A stretch of 64,000 nt of DNA from Candidatus Omnitrophota bacterium (GTDB lineage: Bacteria; Omnitrophota; Gorgyraeia; Gygaellales; JBFMHM01): assembly GCA_040753015.1 (NCBI GenBank), contig JBFMHM010000001.1, positions 339,157 through 403,156 of the forward strand, written 5' to 3'. This document shows, piece after piece, positions 9,564-19,265 of this stretch; position 1 is the first letter of the stretch, and each line of letters starts with the position of its first letter. Made by a program: the position numbers and the translations under genes. A model generated the notes under the pieces. It was not told the DNA's origin and made no database searches. It worked only from the letters and a program-made list of their open reading frames with translations.

Positions 9564-10329
9564 TGCTAAAATAATTTATTACTCGCTTATTTAATTCATC
9601 TATATTTTTTATTGGGTAATTCGAATAGAGCGCATTATCCAAAGACCTGCCATCACGTAAGGCTCTGCAAAACCCAACAAAATTTGCCTTTCCATAATTA
9701 TTAATTAAATAATAAATAATTGCTCCTGATTCTAGATAAAATAATTTAACTTGTTCTTCATTTAAACCATCAAGTGATGCTTGAGGCAGTGAACTTATAG
9801 GAATAAATTTATTTTCTTTTATAGCACTACGGATCAAAGGCAACATAAAAGAATAATCCTTACTAAAAAATTCTGCAACCCCTTCATCCAGCCAAAGGTA
9901 AATATTCCCGCTAAAACCAACAAACTCGCGGAATATTATATGTACAAGCTCATGCAAAACAACCTTATCAAAAAATTCTTTTTCACTAACCCCATAATAG
10001 GTAATGATAATTTTGTTTTTAACATCGGCGCTGCCAAAAGACCATTCTGGCTGGTTAGTATCCATTATATATTCTTTTTTTGTATCGTAAATATATACTT
10101 TCGCGCGATTTTCCCAAATCCAAAAATTATTGTAACGGGTAAATCCAATATCATCGGTAATCTTCTGATAATAATTTTCTAAATAATCCTTTATACGATT
10201 AAGAAAAACCATGTCAGCCTTTTTATAATAAATTATAAAATGCGTGCTTTTTAAGTTTTTCCATTCAAGAGCATAAATATTAGGAATCAAAGTTATAAAA
10301 ACTAAATAAGCAAATAATATCTTTTTCAT
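9556..10329 (-). CDS. Secreted putative zinc metallopeptidase (peptidase MA-like, HExxH ... WLDEGxAEF)
   Basis: 257 aa with signal peptide. HELVH followed ~20 aa later by LWLDEGVAEF, a gluzincin-like arrangement. Embedded between murG and murC. Confidence 0.5.
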   Translation of the reverse strand: MKKILFAYLVFITLIPNIYALEWKNLKSTHFIIYYKKADMVFLNRIKDYLENYYQKITDDIGFTRYNNFWIWENRAKVYIYDTKKEYIMDTNQPEWSFGSADVKNKIIITYYGVSEKEFFDKVVLHELVHIIFREFVGFSGNIYLWLDEGVAEFFSKDYSFMLPLIRSAIKENKFIPISSLPQASLDGLNEEQVKLFYLESGAIIYYLINNYGKANFVGFCRALRDGRSLDNALYSNYPIKNIDELNKRVINYFSNG

Positions 10330-11390
10330 TGTTTTTTAACTAAACTGTAAATTTTTTCGATAAGATTATCTGAAGCATTAAAATCGAATAATTCTTCTAA
10401 ACGGTTATCTTTATATTCAAGCTGTAATTTAGATATTGTTATTGATAATTTTTCAGCCGTTAGCATCTTTTCATCAATAATTGAACAAAGCAAACCATTA
10501 TTTTTAAAAAGTTTCGCATTTTCTATCTGATGAGCACTCGCCCAAGGATAAGGAATCAATATCGATGCTTTATGAAAAAATGCTAACTCTGCCAGCGTCA
10601 TTGCGCCGCTTCGCGCAATTATCAGATCTGCCATTGAATAAGCTAGGGATATATTTTCTAAAAACTTTAACAAATAAATTTTACAGCGATAATTTAGATA
10701 TCTCCTATTTAATGAATCGTAATCTTTTTGGCCTGATAAATGTATAATTTGCAAATTATCTAGATTCAGCTTGCTTAAAGATTCTAAAAAAATATTATTT
10801 ATTCTATGGCTGCCCTGGCTGCCACCCATAACTAAAACTGTAAACCTTGAAGGATCAAAATTAAAAAACCGCGCTGCCTCCTCCCTAGAATATTTTTTTA
10901 AATCTGGGCGCGTAAGCATACCTGAATAAATTACTTTATTTACTGCCGGCAATAACTCCTTCGTCTCTTTAAAACTTATAGCGAAGTAATCACAAATATA
11001 AAATAGGATTTTGTTTGCAATACCCACTTTTAAATTCTGCTCATGTATAATTATTGGAATATTTAAAATTTTAGCAATTAAAACAACAGGGAAAGAAACG
11101 TATGACCCAAAACTAATTAATAAATCTGGCCGCGGTTTTATTAAAATAAAATATGCCTCAAAAAAACTCTTTAAGAATAAAAATAAGCGAATTAAAAAAT
11201 CTTTTCTAAAATATAACGGTTTAGCTGATATAAATACCTTGTCAAAACTGTGAAAAAAAAATAAAAATTTAGAATTCTTAGAAACTATAAACTGTAATTG
11301 TGTGCCGAAGGATATTTTTGAAGCAATATTTAAAGCAGGAAAAATATGACCGAGGGTTGCACCGCAGACAAAGGTTATTTTTGGTTTCAT
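10326..11390 (-). CDS. murG: UDP-GlcNAc:undecaprenyl-PP-MurNAc-pentapeptide GlcNAc transferase
   Basis: 354 aa GT28 protein. N-terminal G-loop (VCGATLGHIFPA). dcw context. Confidence 0.85.
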   Translation of the reverse strand: MKPKITFVCGATLGHIFPALNIASKISFGTQLQFIVSKNSKFLFFFHSFDKVFISAKPLYFRKDFLIRLFLFLKSFFEAYFILIKPRPDLLISFGSYVSFPVVLIAKILNIPIIIHEQNLKVGIANKILFYICDYFAISFKETKELLPAVNKVIYSGMLTRPDLKKYSREEAARFFNFDPSRFTVLVMGGSQGSHRINNIFLESLSKLNLDNLQIIHLSGQKDYDSLNRRYLNYRCKIYLLKFLENISLAYSMADLIIARSGAMTLAELAFFHKASILIPYPWASAHQIENAKLFKNNGLLCSIIDEKMLTAEKLSITISKLQLEYKDNRLEELFDFNASDNLIEKIYSLVKKQ

Positions 11391-11405
11391 TTATCTCTAT
11401 GATTT

Positions 11406-12626
11406 TTATGCCCTTTTTGCTATATTCAAAAGTAAACCTACAGCAATCATATCAAACACTAATGACGACCCGCCATAACTAATAAAAGGAAGCGGCAAGC
11501 CTTTAGTAGGAAACATACCAATACTAACTCCAATATTAACTACTGCTTTTAAAACAATCATCAAAACCAAACCCAGTGCCAAGAAAAAACCAAATTGGTC
11601 CTTCGCCTCTTTAGCAATCTTAATCCCTAAAATCAATAAAATTACAAATAAACAAATCAAGCCGAGAGTGCCGATTAATCCTAGCTCTTCCCCAATTATA
11701 GAAAAGATAAAGTCTGTATGGGCAGCTGGTAGATACAATAATTTTTGGATTCCCTTGCCTAAGCCTTTACCAAAAATACCACCGCTGCCTAGAGCGATTT
11801 GCGATTGGATAATCTGAAATCCGCTACCCCTTGGATCAGCCCAAGGGTTTAAAAAACTTAAAATCCTTGCTCTACGATAGGGAACACTGAAAATTAAAAA
11901 ATATAAAAAGGGAGCACCTAGTATCGCCCCTTGCATAATATATTTTATTTTTATGCCTCCAATAAACATCAATAATATCACAATACTTAATATTGCAATA
12001 GAAGTGCCTAAATCTGGTTGTAACAAAATTAGGCCCACAATAAAACCTGTAACTAATACAGGCGGGAGAAACCCGTGGAAAAAATTTTCTATGGCATTGG
12101 CTTTACGGCTTAAAAAATCAGCAGTATAAATAATAATAGCTAAATAAACAAACTCTGAAGGCTGAAAACTGAAAAAACCAAACCTAAACCAACGTTTAGC
12201 GCCAGAAACCTCTCTACCAATTCCTGGCAAAAGTACAAGAATCAATAAAACAAAGGATAGAATTATTAATTGTTTTGAATAACGGCTTAGGAGGCGGTAA
12301 TCAAAACTCATAGAAGCTGCCGCCATAATTAAACCAATGAACAAAAAAAATACCTGGCGTTTTAGAAAAAAAGCTGAGTCATTTTTCATTGTCAAAGAAT
12401 AAATACTTGAAGCACTAAAAATCATAACTATACCTATCGCTAAAAGAGAGGTTACCGTAAACAATAGATATATACGCGTAATTCGCATACTAGAGACACT
12501 GAACATATTGTTTAAACCGCTCCCCTCTTTCTTCGTAATTTTTAAACATATCAAAGCTTGTACACATCGGTGAAAATAAAATACAATCACCTTTTTCGGA
12601 TAAATTAAATGCTGCTCCGATAGCAT
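11406..12626 (-). CDS. ftsW: Peptidoglycan glycosyltransferase FtsW (SEDS family)
   Basis: Polytopic membrane protein of ~370-400 aa. The listed start overlaps murD by ~137 nt, so the true start is probably an internal Met (MRITRIYLLF). Confidence 0.85.
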   Translation of the reverse strand: MLSEQHLIYPKKVIVFYFHRCVQALICLKITKKEGSGLNNMFSVSSMRITRIYLLFTVTSLLAIGIVMIFSASSIYSLTMKNDSAFFLKRQVFFLFIGLIMAAASMSFDYRLLSRYSKQLIILSFVLLILVLLPGIGREVSGAKRWFRFGFFSFQPSEFVYLAIIIYTADFLSRKANAIENFFHGFLPPVLVTGFIVGLILLQPDLGTSIAILSIVILLMFIGGIKIKYIMQGAILGAPFLYFLIFSVPYRRARILSFLNPWADPRGSGFQIIQSQIALGSGGIFGKGLGKGIQKLLYLPAAHTDFIFSIIGEELGLIGTLGLICLFVILLILGIKIAKEAKDQFGFFLALGLVLMIVLKAVVNIGVSIGMFPTKGLPLPFISYGGSSLVFDMIAVGLLLNIAKRA

Positions 12627-13791
12627 CTTGTAAATCCTGAGTACAAGTTTTAGAAATCCTACTGGAATCGATTGAATCAGCTATTTTATCTCTGGCCTCC
12701 CCGAATAAAACTAAATGTTTAATCACTTTATCAAACTGGTTAAGCAAGGTGAAATCATCTCCTTTATCGCGGCCGCCGGCGATAAGAATAATAGGATTTT
12801 TTATTAAATTAAGCGCCCAAATAGTGGAAGCAACATTTGTAGATTTAGAATCATTAATAAATCTCACTCCATTAATAACTTTTATCTCTTCTATTCTATG
12901 TTCTAAACCTTTAAAATTATTTAATACACCGAAGGCTATCTCATCCTTGATAGCTAAAATATTTGCAACTTTCATAATGCAATCAAAATTCGGATTAATA
13001 CTGCTATCTCGATTATTAAAGTATATAATTTTTGACTTAATTTCAGACTCCATGCTTCTTAAATATTCATCTTTATAATTTAATATAGCCCAGTCATAAC
13101 TATCCTGATTTATAAAAATTCTTTTCTTGGCTCTTACATATTCCTGAATATTCTTATGCCTATCCATATGATTTATCGCAATATTAAGAATTATTGAAAT
13201 ATGCGGCTTGAAGTATTTAATTCTCTCTAGTTGAAATGAGCTCACCTCAAGACTAACAAAATCTTTATCTGTCATACTTAAGACATCCTCACAAAAAGGC
13301 CTTCCAATGTTACCTAAAAGATACGTATTCAGGCCAGCAGCATTAAGCACTTTTGAAATCAAGGTTGTAACGGTAGTTTTACCGTTTGACCCAGTTATAG
13401 CTATAATTTTAGCAGGGCAAAACCAAAAACCTAATTCTATCTCACTAAATATAGGAATATTAAACTGCTTGGCCCAAATAATAGGTTCGGCGCTATCATC
13501 AATACCGGGGCTTACAATAATAAAATCCTTGTTTTTTATAAATTCTTGACTGTGCTTACCTAACTCAAACCTAGATTTATCCAGCCCTAGTTTCCTTATA
13601 TTTTCTCTAATTTCCAGAGTATCATTTTTCTCACTAACAAAAACATCCGCCTTTTTAGTAAGCAATAATTTTACCGCAGAAGCCCCGCTTTTTGATAAGC
13701 CTAAAACAGTGATATTCTTCCCTGCTAGATCCATCATCTTAGTTTTAACGTCATTAAAGTTAATAGCATTAGAATTATGCCGATAATCCAA
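12490..13791 (-). CDS. murD: UDP-N-acetylmuramoylalanine--D-glutamate ligase
   Basis: 433 aa. GLSKSGASAVKLL N-terminus and GSNGKTT P-loop. Confidence 0.9.
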   Translation of the reverse strand: MDYRHNSNAINFNDVKTKMMDLAGKNITVLGLSKSGASAVKLLLTKKADVFVSEKNDTLEIRENIRKLGLDKSRFELGKHSQEFIKNKDFIIVSPGIDDSAEPIIWAKQFNIPIFSEIELGFWFCPAKIIAITGSNGKTTVTTLISKVLNAAGLNTYLLGNIGRPFCEDVLSMTDKDFVSLEVSSFQLERIKYFKPHISIILNIAINHMDRHKNIQEYVRAKKRIFINQDSYDWAILNYKDEYLRSMESEIKSKIIYFNNRDSSINPNFDCIMKVANILAIKDEIAFGVLNNFKGLEHRIEEIKVINGVRFINDSKSTNVASTIWALNLIKNPIILIAGGRDKGDDFTLLNQFDKVIKHLVLFGEARDKIADSIDSSRISKTCTQDLQDAIGAAFNLSEKGDCILFSPMCTSFDMFKNYEERGERFKQYVQCL

Positions 13792-14822
13792 AATCTAATA
13801 ATCACTTTTGATTCATGCATACCCGTTAATTGAAAATGGTGATGAAGCGGAGCAATTTTAAAAATACGCCTGCCGCGCAACCTAACGGAAAATATTTGCA
13901 GGAGAACCGAAAGCGCTTCGATAAAAAATATCCCCCCAACAATAACTAAAAGTAGTTCTTTCTTTATCAAAATTGCAACAATGCCTATCGCCCCGCCTAA
14001 TGATAATGATCCTACATCACCCATAAATATTGATGCAGGATAAGAATTGTACCATAAAAATCCCAGCCCGGCGCCAATCATAGCCGCACAAAAAACTGCC
14101 AGCTCTCCGCTACCCTGAATATAAGGAACCAATAAATACTGGCTGAATTTAATATTCCCCGTAATATAACTTAAGATAGCATATACACAAGCAACCATTA
14201 TAACACTGCCTATCGCAAGGCCGTCTAGACCATCAGTAAGATTGACTGCATTAGAAGCACCGACAATTACAATAATTACAAATAATAAATAAAAAATCCC
14301 TAAACTAAACATCTCGTTTTTAATGAATGGGACATCGAGCTTAGTATTAATATAAGGATCTAAATAAATAAAAATTCCTACAATTAACCCTAAAAATAAC
14401 TGTGCAGCGAATTTTTCTTTTAAAGTAAGGCCCATAGAACGTTTTTTACTAAATTTAATATAATCATCCATAAAACCAATCACGGCAAGCCAAATTAAAC
14501 CAAATAATGTAATTAGAATATACCTATTTAAAAAATTAGCCCAAAGCAATGTTGAAATTAAGATGCTGCTAACGATAACAATGCCACCCATTGTAGGAGT
14601 ACCTTGTTTAATTGAATGTAATTTATAAAGATCGTCGCAATACTCTCTCCTGATATTTTGTCCGGCGCCAATCTCTTTGACTTTTTTTATAAATATAGGT
14701 ATAAAAACTAATGTTAGGATAAAACTCGTTAATGCCGCAAGGCCCGAGCGGAAAGTGATGTATTTAAAAACATTAAAAGCAAATAAAAATTTATGTAATG
14801 GATAAAAGATGTAATATAACAT
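13734..14822 (-). CDS. mraY: Phospho-N-acetylmuramoyl-pentapeptide transferase
   Basis: 362 aa polytopic protein. NLTDGLDGLA motif. Confidence 0.9.
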   Translation of the reverse strand: MLYYIFYPLHKFLFAFNVFKYITFRSGLAALTSFILTLVFIPIFIKKVKEIGAGQNIRREYCDDLYKLHSIKQGTPTMGGIVIVSSILISTLLWANFLNRYILITLFGLIWLAVIGFMDDYIKFSKKRSMGLTLKEKFAAQLFLGLIVGIFIYLDPYINTKLDVPFIKNEMFSLGIFYLLFVIIVIVGASNAVNLTDGLDGLAIGSVIMVACVYAILSYITGNIKFSQYLLVPYIQGSGELAVFCAAMIGAGLGFLWYNSYPASIFMGDVGSLSLGGAIGIVAILIKKELLLVIVGGIFFIEALSVLLQIFSVRLRGRRIFKIAPLHHHFQLTGMHESKVIIRFWIIGIILMLLTLMTLKLR

Positions 14823-16185
14823 TTTCTAATTTAAAAGCGTGGGATCCTTTTACTAATATAGTCGTTGGTTCTTTATCTAAAATATCATCTAAAACACTAA
14901 TAACATCCTGAATAGTCTGTAGCGTATAAACTTTTATTTTAGAACTTTTTTTCAAAAATTCAGCAATTTTTTTCGAATATTTTCCTAGGCATATAAAAAT
15001 GCTAATTGAGCTTTTTTGAATTTTTTTTGCAAGTTCTAAATGATACTTTTCTGATAAATTACCAAGCTCAAGCATATCTGCCATAACTAGGATTTTTTTT
15101 TCCCCCACGAAGTGGCGAGATCTCGCCTTTGGCGGAGATTTTTTATTATAACTTTCAATTGAATCTACAGCGCTGTTAAAAGAAAGTGGATTAGCATTAT
15201 AGCTATCATCAATTAAAGTAATATTTCCAACTGCATGCTTTTTAAACCTACCATCTAACCAGTTAAAACCTTTTAAAGAATCCAAAAGTTCTTTATAGCT
15301 AATCCCAAAAATACGTGAAACAGAAATTGCCGCAAGCGCATTATAGACATTGTGGCTTGCAATAGTATTTAAAATAAATTTTTGTTTTCCTATTTTAAAA
15401 TATATCTTGTCTTTAATAAATTCCAAACTATTAATTTTAAAATCCGCAGGATTTTTATAGCCAAAACTTATAATGTTTTTTGCTTTTCCACTATTGATTT
15501 TATTTAAAAGCTTGTCGTCACTATTTAATAATCCTAAACCAGGATAAATTAAATTATTTAATAAAGATATTTTTTCCTTAAATACACCGTGGATATTTTT
15601 TAAACCCTCTAGATGCGAAGGACCAATATTTGTAATTACACCAATATTTGGTTTTAAAATAGCTGATAAATGTTTTATTTCCCCAGGATTATTTGTGCCA
15701 ATCTCTAAAACAGAAATATCATACCCTGATGCTAACTTAAAAATATTTAATGCTAATCCAAATTGATTATTTTGATTAGCATGATTCTTTAATACTTTAA
15801 ATTTACTCCCCAAACAATGCGCGATTAATTCTTTGGTAGTTGTTTTTCCATTTGAGCCAGTAACAGCAATTATTGGGCTGCTAAAACGTCTCCGATGAAA
15901 TGCAGCTAAATTTATTAAGGCTTTTGTAGAATCAATAGCTTTAATAACAGGAATATTTATATCTTTATAATTAAAGTTTTCTTCAACCAACAAGCATGCT
16001 GCGCCTTTTCTTGTTGCTTCATTTAAAAAGTTATGCCCATCACAATTTGTACCTCTAATTGCAATAAAAAGTTCACCTGGTTTAATTGTACGCGAATCAA
16101 TTGATACGCCGCTAACCCTACAATTTAAATTAGCGTCCGTACATCTAGAATCGGTTGCTTCTATAATTTCCTTGATAGTAAACAT
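14791..16185 (-). CDS. murF: UDP-MurNAc-tripeptide--D-Ala-D-Ala ligase
   Basis: 464 aa. GSNGKTTTK P-loop. dcw position after murE. Confidence 0.9.
   Translation of the reverse strand: MFTIKEIIEATDSRCTDANLNCRVSGVSIDSRTIKPGELFIAIRGTNCDGHNFLNEATRKGAACLLVEENFNYKDINIPVIKAIDSTKALINLAAFHRRRFSSPIIAVTGSNGKTTTKELIAHCLGSKFKVLKNHANQNNQFGLALNIFKLASGYDISVLEIGTNNPGEIKHLSAILKPNIGVITNIGPSHLEGLKNIHGVFKEKISLLNNLIYPGLGLLNSDDKLLNKINSGKAKNIISFGYKNPADFKINSLEFIKDKIYFKIGKQKFILNTIASHNVYNALAAISVSRIFGISYKELLDSLKGFNWLDGRFKKHAVGNITLIDDSYNANPLSFNSAVDSIESYNKKSPPKARSRHFVGEKKILVMADMLELGNLSEKYHLELAKKIQKSSISIFICLGKYSKKIAEFLKKSSKIKVYTLQTIQDVISVLDDILDKEPTTILVKGSHAFKLENVILHLLSIT
15102..15140. repeat. GC-rich palindromic element inserted in frame within murF (RPE/REP-like)
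   Basis: Perfect 14-nt palindrome ggcgagatctcgcc with flanking ccacgaagtgg and ggcgg. It encodes the ...SPPKARSRHFVGE... segment of MurF. Confidence 0.55.
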
Positions 16186-17303
16186 TTAATCACCTTTTGA
16201 TCGCTAAACGGTACAATTCTATCTTTAAAGATTTGTACTGACTCATGCCCCTTACCACAGACTAAAACAATATCATCTTTTTTTGCTAAATTTAATGCAC
16301 GGCTTATTGCCTTATAACGATCCAGCTCAATCCGCATATTTCTTCCTCTGAAACCCTCTTTTATATCTTCTGCTATTACTTTAGGATCTTCGCTACGAGG
16401 ATTATCCGATGTGATAATTGTAAAATCAGCCAACCGGCAGGCAATATCGCCCATCTTCGGCCTTTTTATTTTATCACGGTCGCCGCCACAACCAAACACT
16501 AAAATTAATTTATTTTTTTTAAAACTATTCAAGGTACAAATGATTTTTTCTAAAGCGTCAGGGGTATGAGCATAATCAACAAAAACCCTGAATGGCTGAT
16601 TATGCTTTATTATCTGGAGTCTTCCGCGCACTGACTTTAGCCGGTTTACTCCTTTAGCAATTAATTCTATCGCGATATTCTGTGAAATAGCACAACTAAC
16701 TGCCGCTAAAATATTATAGATATTATGCTTACCAATTAACGAAGATTTTACATTGAATGCTGAATTATCATAATTTACCGTAAAGCTCAAACCTTCTAAA
16801 CTCATATCTATTTCTGTTGCAAAAATATCTGCATTCTTATTTAAACCATAAGTAATAATTTTAGATTTTGTTTGGCTAAAAAGTTTTCTGCCCCAACGAT
16901 CGTCTACGTTAATTATCGCAACAGCATTTTTTTTAAGCCCCTGGAATAATTTGGCCTTGCTTAAAAAATAATTTTTTATAGTCTTATGATAATCCAAGTG
17001 CTCAGGCGTTAAATTTGTAAAAATTGCTGCATCAAAAGAAAGCCCTTTAATTCGGTTTTGATCTAACCCATGGGAAGAAACTTCCATTGCAACTAAATTA
17101 ACCTTCGCCTCAAACATATTATGTAAAATTTTTTGTAATTGAATATACCCTGGCGTTGTATTCTTTGCCTTGATTATCCTTTTAGCAAAATGGTGGTTTA
17201 TCGTTCCGATAACTCCAACATTAAATTGGCTGCTAAAAATTTTTTCTATCAAATAAGTAATTGTTGTTTTCCCATTTGTGCCTGTAACACCAATTAATTT
17301 CAT
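16161..17303 (-). CDS. murE: UDP-MurNAc-L-Ala-D-Glu--2,6-diaminopimelate (or Lys) ligase, lacking the usual N-terminal domain
   Basis: 380 aa. The protein begins directly at the P-loop (MKLIGVTGTNGKTT). Central and C-terminal Mur ligase domains are present. The start overlaps the ftsI stop (ATGA). Confidence 0.8.
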   Translation of the reverse strand: MKLIGVTGTNGKTTITYLIEKIFSSQFNVGVIGTINHHFAKRIIKAKNTTPGYIQLQKILHNMFEAKVNLVAMEVSSHGLDQNRIKGLSFDAAIFTNLTPEHLDYHKTIKNYFLSKAKLFQGLKKNAVAIINVDDRWGRKLFSQTKSKIITYGLNKNADIFATEIDMSLEGLSFTVNYDNSAFNVKSSLIGKHNIYNILAAVSCAISQNIAIELIAKGVNRLKSVRGRLQIIKHNQPFRVFVDYAHTPDALEKIICTLNSFKKNKLILVFGCGGDRDKIKRPKMGDIACRLADFTIITSDNPRSEDPKVIAEDIKEGFRGRNMRIELDRYKAISRALNLAKKDDIVLVCGKGHESVQIFKDRIVPFSDQKVIKCLLSRKL

Positions 17304-18976
17304 TTTACCTCTTGAGTCTTTAGATACCTTAATGTATCTAGTGCAACATTTTTAAACACAGGCGCACAAACAACCCCACCATAATATTCTGGGTGAGGAT
17401 CATCAACAATAACTACTATGCTGATTTTTGGGTTATCAAAAGGCGCAAAACCAGCAAAGGTAGCAAAAAAATTTGAGTGTGAATATTTACCATTAATAGT
17501 TTTCTGGGCTGTGCCCGTCTTACCAGCAAGTTTAGCTTCTTTTGATTTAGCAAGCTGCGCTGTGCCATCTTCAACAACGCTAGATAATATATCTCTCATG
17601 CGCTTTGATGTATCCTGTGATATCACCTGCCTTATACAGATTGGTTCAAATTTTTTTAAAACTTTACCTTCTTTATCTTGAATCTGGCTTACTATATAAG
17701 GCCGCACAAGAAAACCACCATTTGCAATAACAGATATCGCGCTAGCAAGCTGTACTACCGTTACGCCAACTTCATGACCAATAGGAATTGCGCCAATAGA
17801 AGTTTTAGACCATCTAGATACAGGTATAAGCATCCCCGATATCTCACCTGGTAAATCAATGCCCGTAGGTTTCCCAAAACCAAAGGCTTGGGCATATTTA
17901 TATATAATTTGAGGGCCAAGCTTCTGTGCAATCTTAGTTACGCCAATATTGCTAGACTTAGCTATAACATCTCTAAAATTTAACCAACCATAAGGATGAA
18001 CATCATGCAGAATATGATTTCCTACTTTATAATTGCCATTCTCACAAAAAATACGATCTTTCTCGCTAAACACCTTCTCTTCTAACGCTGCAGATGCTGT
18101 GATGATTTTAAATACTGACCCAGGCTCAAACAAAGAACTAACTGCATAATCTTTCTTCATAGCACTAATAGTGCCGCTACTTTTGTTTAAATCATAAGTC
18201 GGCCTATTTGCTAAAGCTAGAATTCTACCAGTATAAGGATCCATGACAATTATGCTGGCGGCTTTTGCGTGATAACGTTTATAAGCCTTGTCGAGTTCTC
18301 TTTCTGCAATATATTGGATTACTTCATCAAGGTTCAAAACCAAACTCAATCCATCTTTTGCTTCTTCCAATCTTTTATAAATTGGTAATTGTTTCTGCCG
18401 AGCATCTCTTAGAATAATTGCCCAGCCAGATTCTCCTTTTAGATACTGATTATAGAAAAGCTCTGTTCCTTCTAGACCTTGATTGTCCAATCCAGCAAAA
18501 CCAAGGACATGGCTCATTAAATACGTATTAGGATAAGACCTTTTGCTTTCTTTTACTAATCCCAAAGCCTGAATGTTTAAATCTTTAATAGCAACTGATT
18601 CATCGAATGAAATCTTTCTTTTGAGCCAAACAAATCCCTTTTTTCTTCTTAGCTTTTCTTCTAAATTTTTTTCATCTATCTTTAGAATTGGGTTCAAAAG
18701 ACGCGCGGTTTGTTTAGGGTCTTTTAATTGGCGAGGATTTGCATAAAGAGAATCACAAGGAAGATTAATAGCCTGCGGGCGTAGATTTATGTCGAAAATT
18801 GTACCGCGCAGAGGAGAAATTTCAATATAATAATTCTGCTGCTTACGGGCAAGGTTAGACAGAAAATTCGATCTAAAAGCCTGTATAAAAAACAGGTAAA
18901 TACCTTCTAGAATAAATAAAGCTAAAAAAAATATAAAAACCCTTTTAAACCTAAGGGTAGTTTTTCTTAAATACAC
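17300..18976 (-). CDS. ftsI: Peptidoglycan D,D-transpeptidase FtsI (class B PBP)
   Basis: 558 aa. N-terminal TM, SxN (KSSNIG) and KTG (KTGTA) motifs. dcw position. Confidence 0.85.
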   Translation of the reverse strand: MYLRKTTLRFKRVFIFFLALFILEGIYLFFIQAFRSNFLSNLARKQQNYYIEISPLRGTIFDINLRPQAINLPCDSLYANPRQLKDPKQTARLLNPILKIDEKNLEEKLRRKKGFVWLKRKISFDESVAIKDLNIQALGLVKESKRSYPNTYLMSHVLGFAGLDNQGLEGTELFYNQYLKGESGWAIILRDARQKQLPIYKRLEEAKDGLSLVLNLDEVIQYIAERELDKAYKRYHAKAASIIVMDPYTGRILALANRPTYDLNKSSGTISAMKKDYAVSSLFEPGSVFKIITASAALEEKVFSEKDRIFCENGNYKVGNHILHDVHPYGWLNFRDVIAKSSNIGVTKIAQKLGPQIIYKYAQAFGFGKPTGIDLPGEISGMLIPVSRWSKTSIGAIPIGHEVGVTVVQLASAISVIANGGFLVRPYIVSQIQDKEGKVLKKFEPICIRQVISQDTSKRMRDILSSVVEDGTAQLAKSKEAKLAGKTGTAQKTINGKYSHSNFFATFAGFAPFDNPKISIVVIVDDPHPEYYGGVVCAPVFKNVALDTLRYLKTQEVK

Positions 18977-18992
18977 TTAAATTTTCCGAAAT

Positions 18993-19265
18993 TTATTGAT
19001 GGGGCTTCAAATTTACAGCAACAATTCTAACATCCGAAGGAATCTCAAAATTATCTTTAGCAATTTTGTCGCCAATTAATGTTAAAGATTCTATTCTTGC
19101 TTGATTATACCGTAAGTTTTTGTTTTCATCAAGAATATCATAATATTTTTTTAATGTACGCTCTTGCACATATGCGGCCTCGAAAATTTTTACTTGCTGC
19201 CAAACATATGTAATCGAAATTACAGTAATAAAAAAAATTATTGATATAAAACGTAATGGCCTCAT
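18993..19265 (-). CDS. ftsL: Cell division protein FtsL
   Basis: 90 aa single-TM coiled-coil protein between rsmH and ftsI. Confidence 0.6.
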   Translation of the reverse strand: MRPLRFISIIFFITVISITYVWQQVKIFEAAYVQERTLKKYYDILDENKNLRYNQARIESLTLIGDKIAKDNFEIPSDVRIVAVNLKPHQ

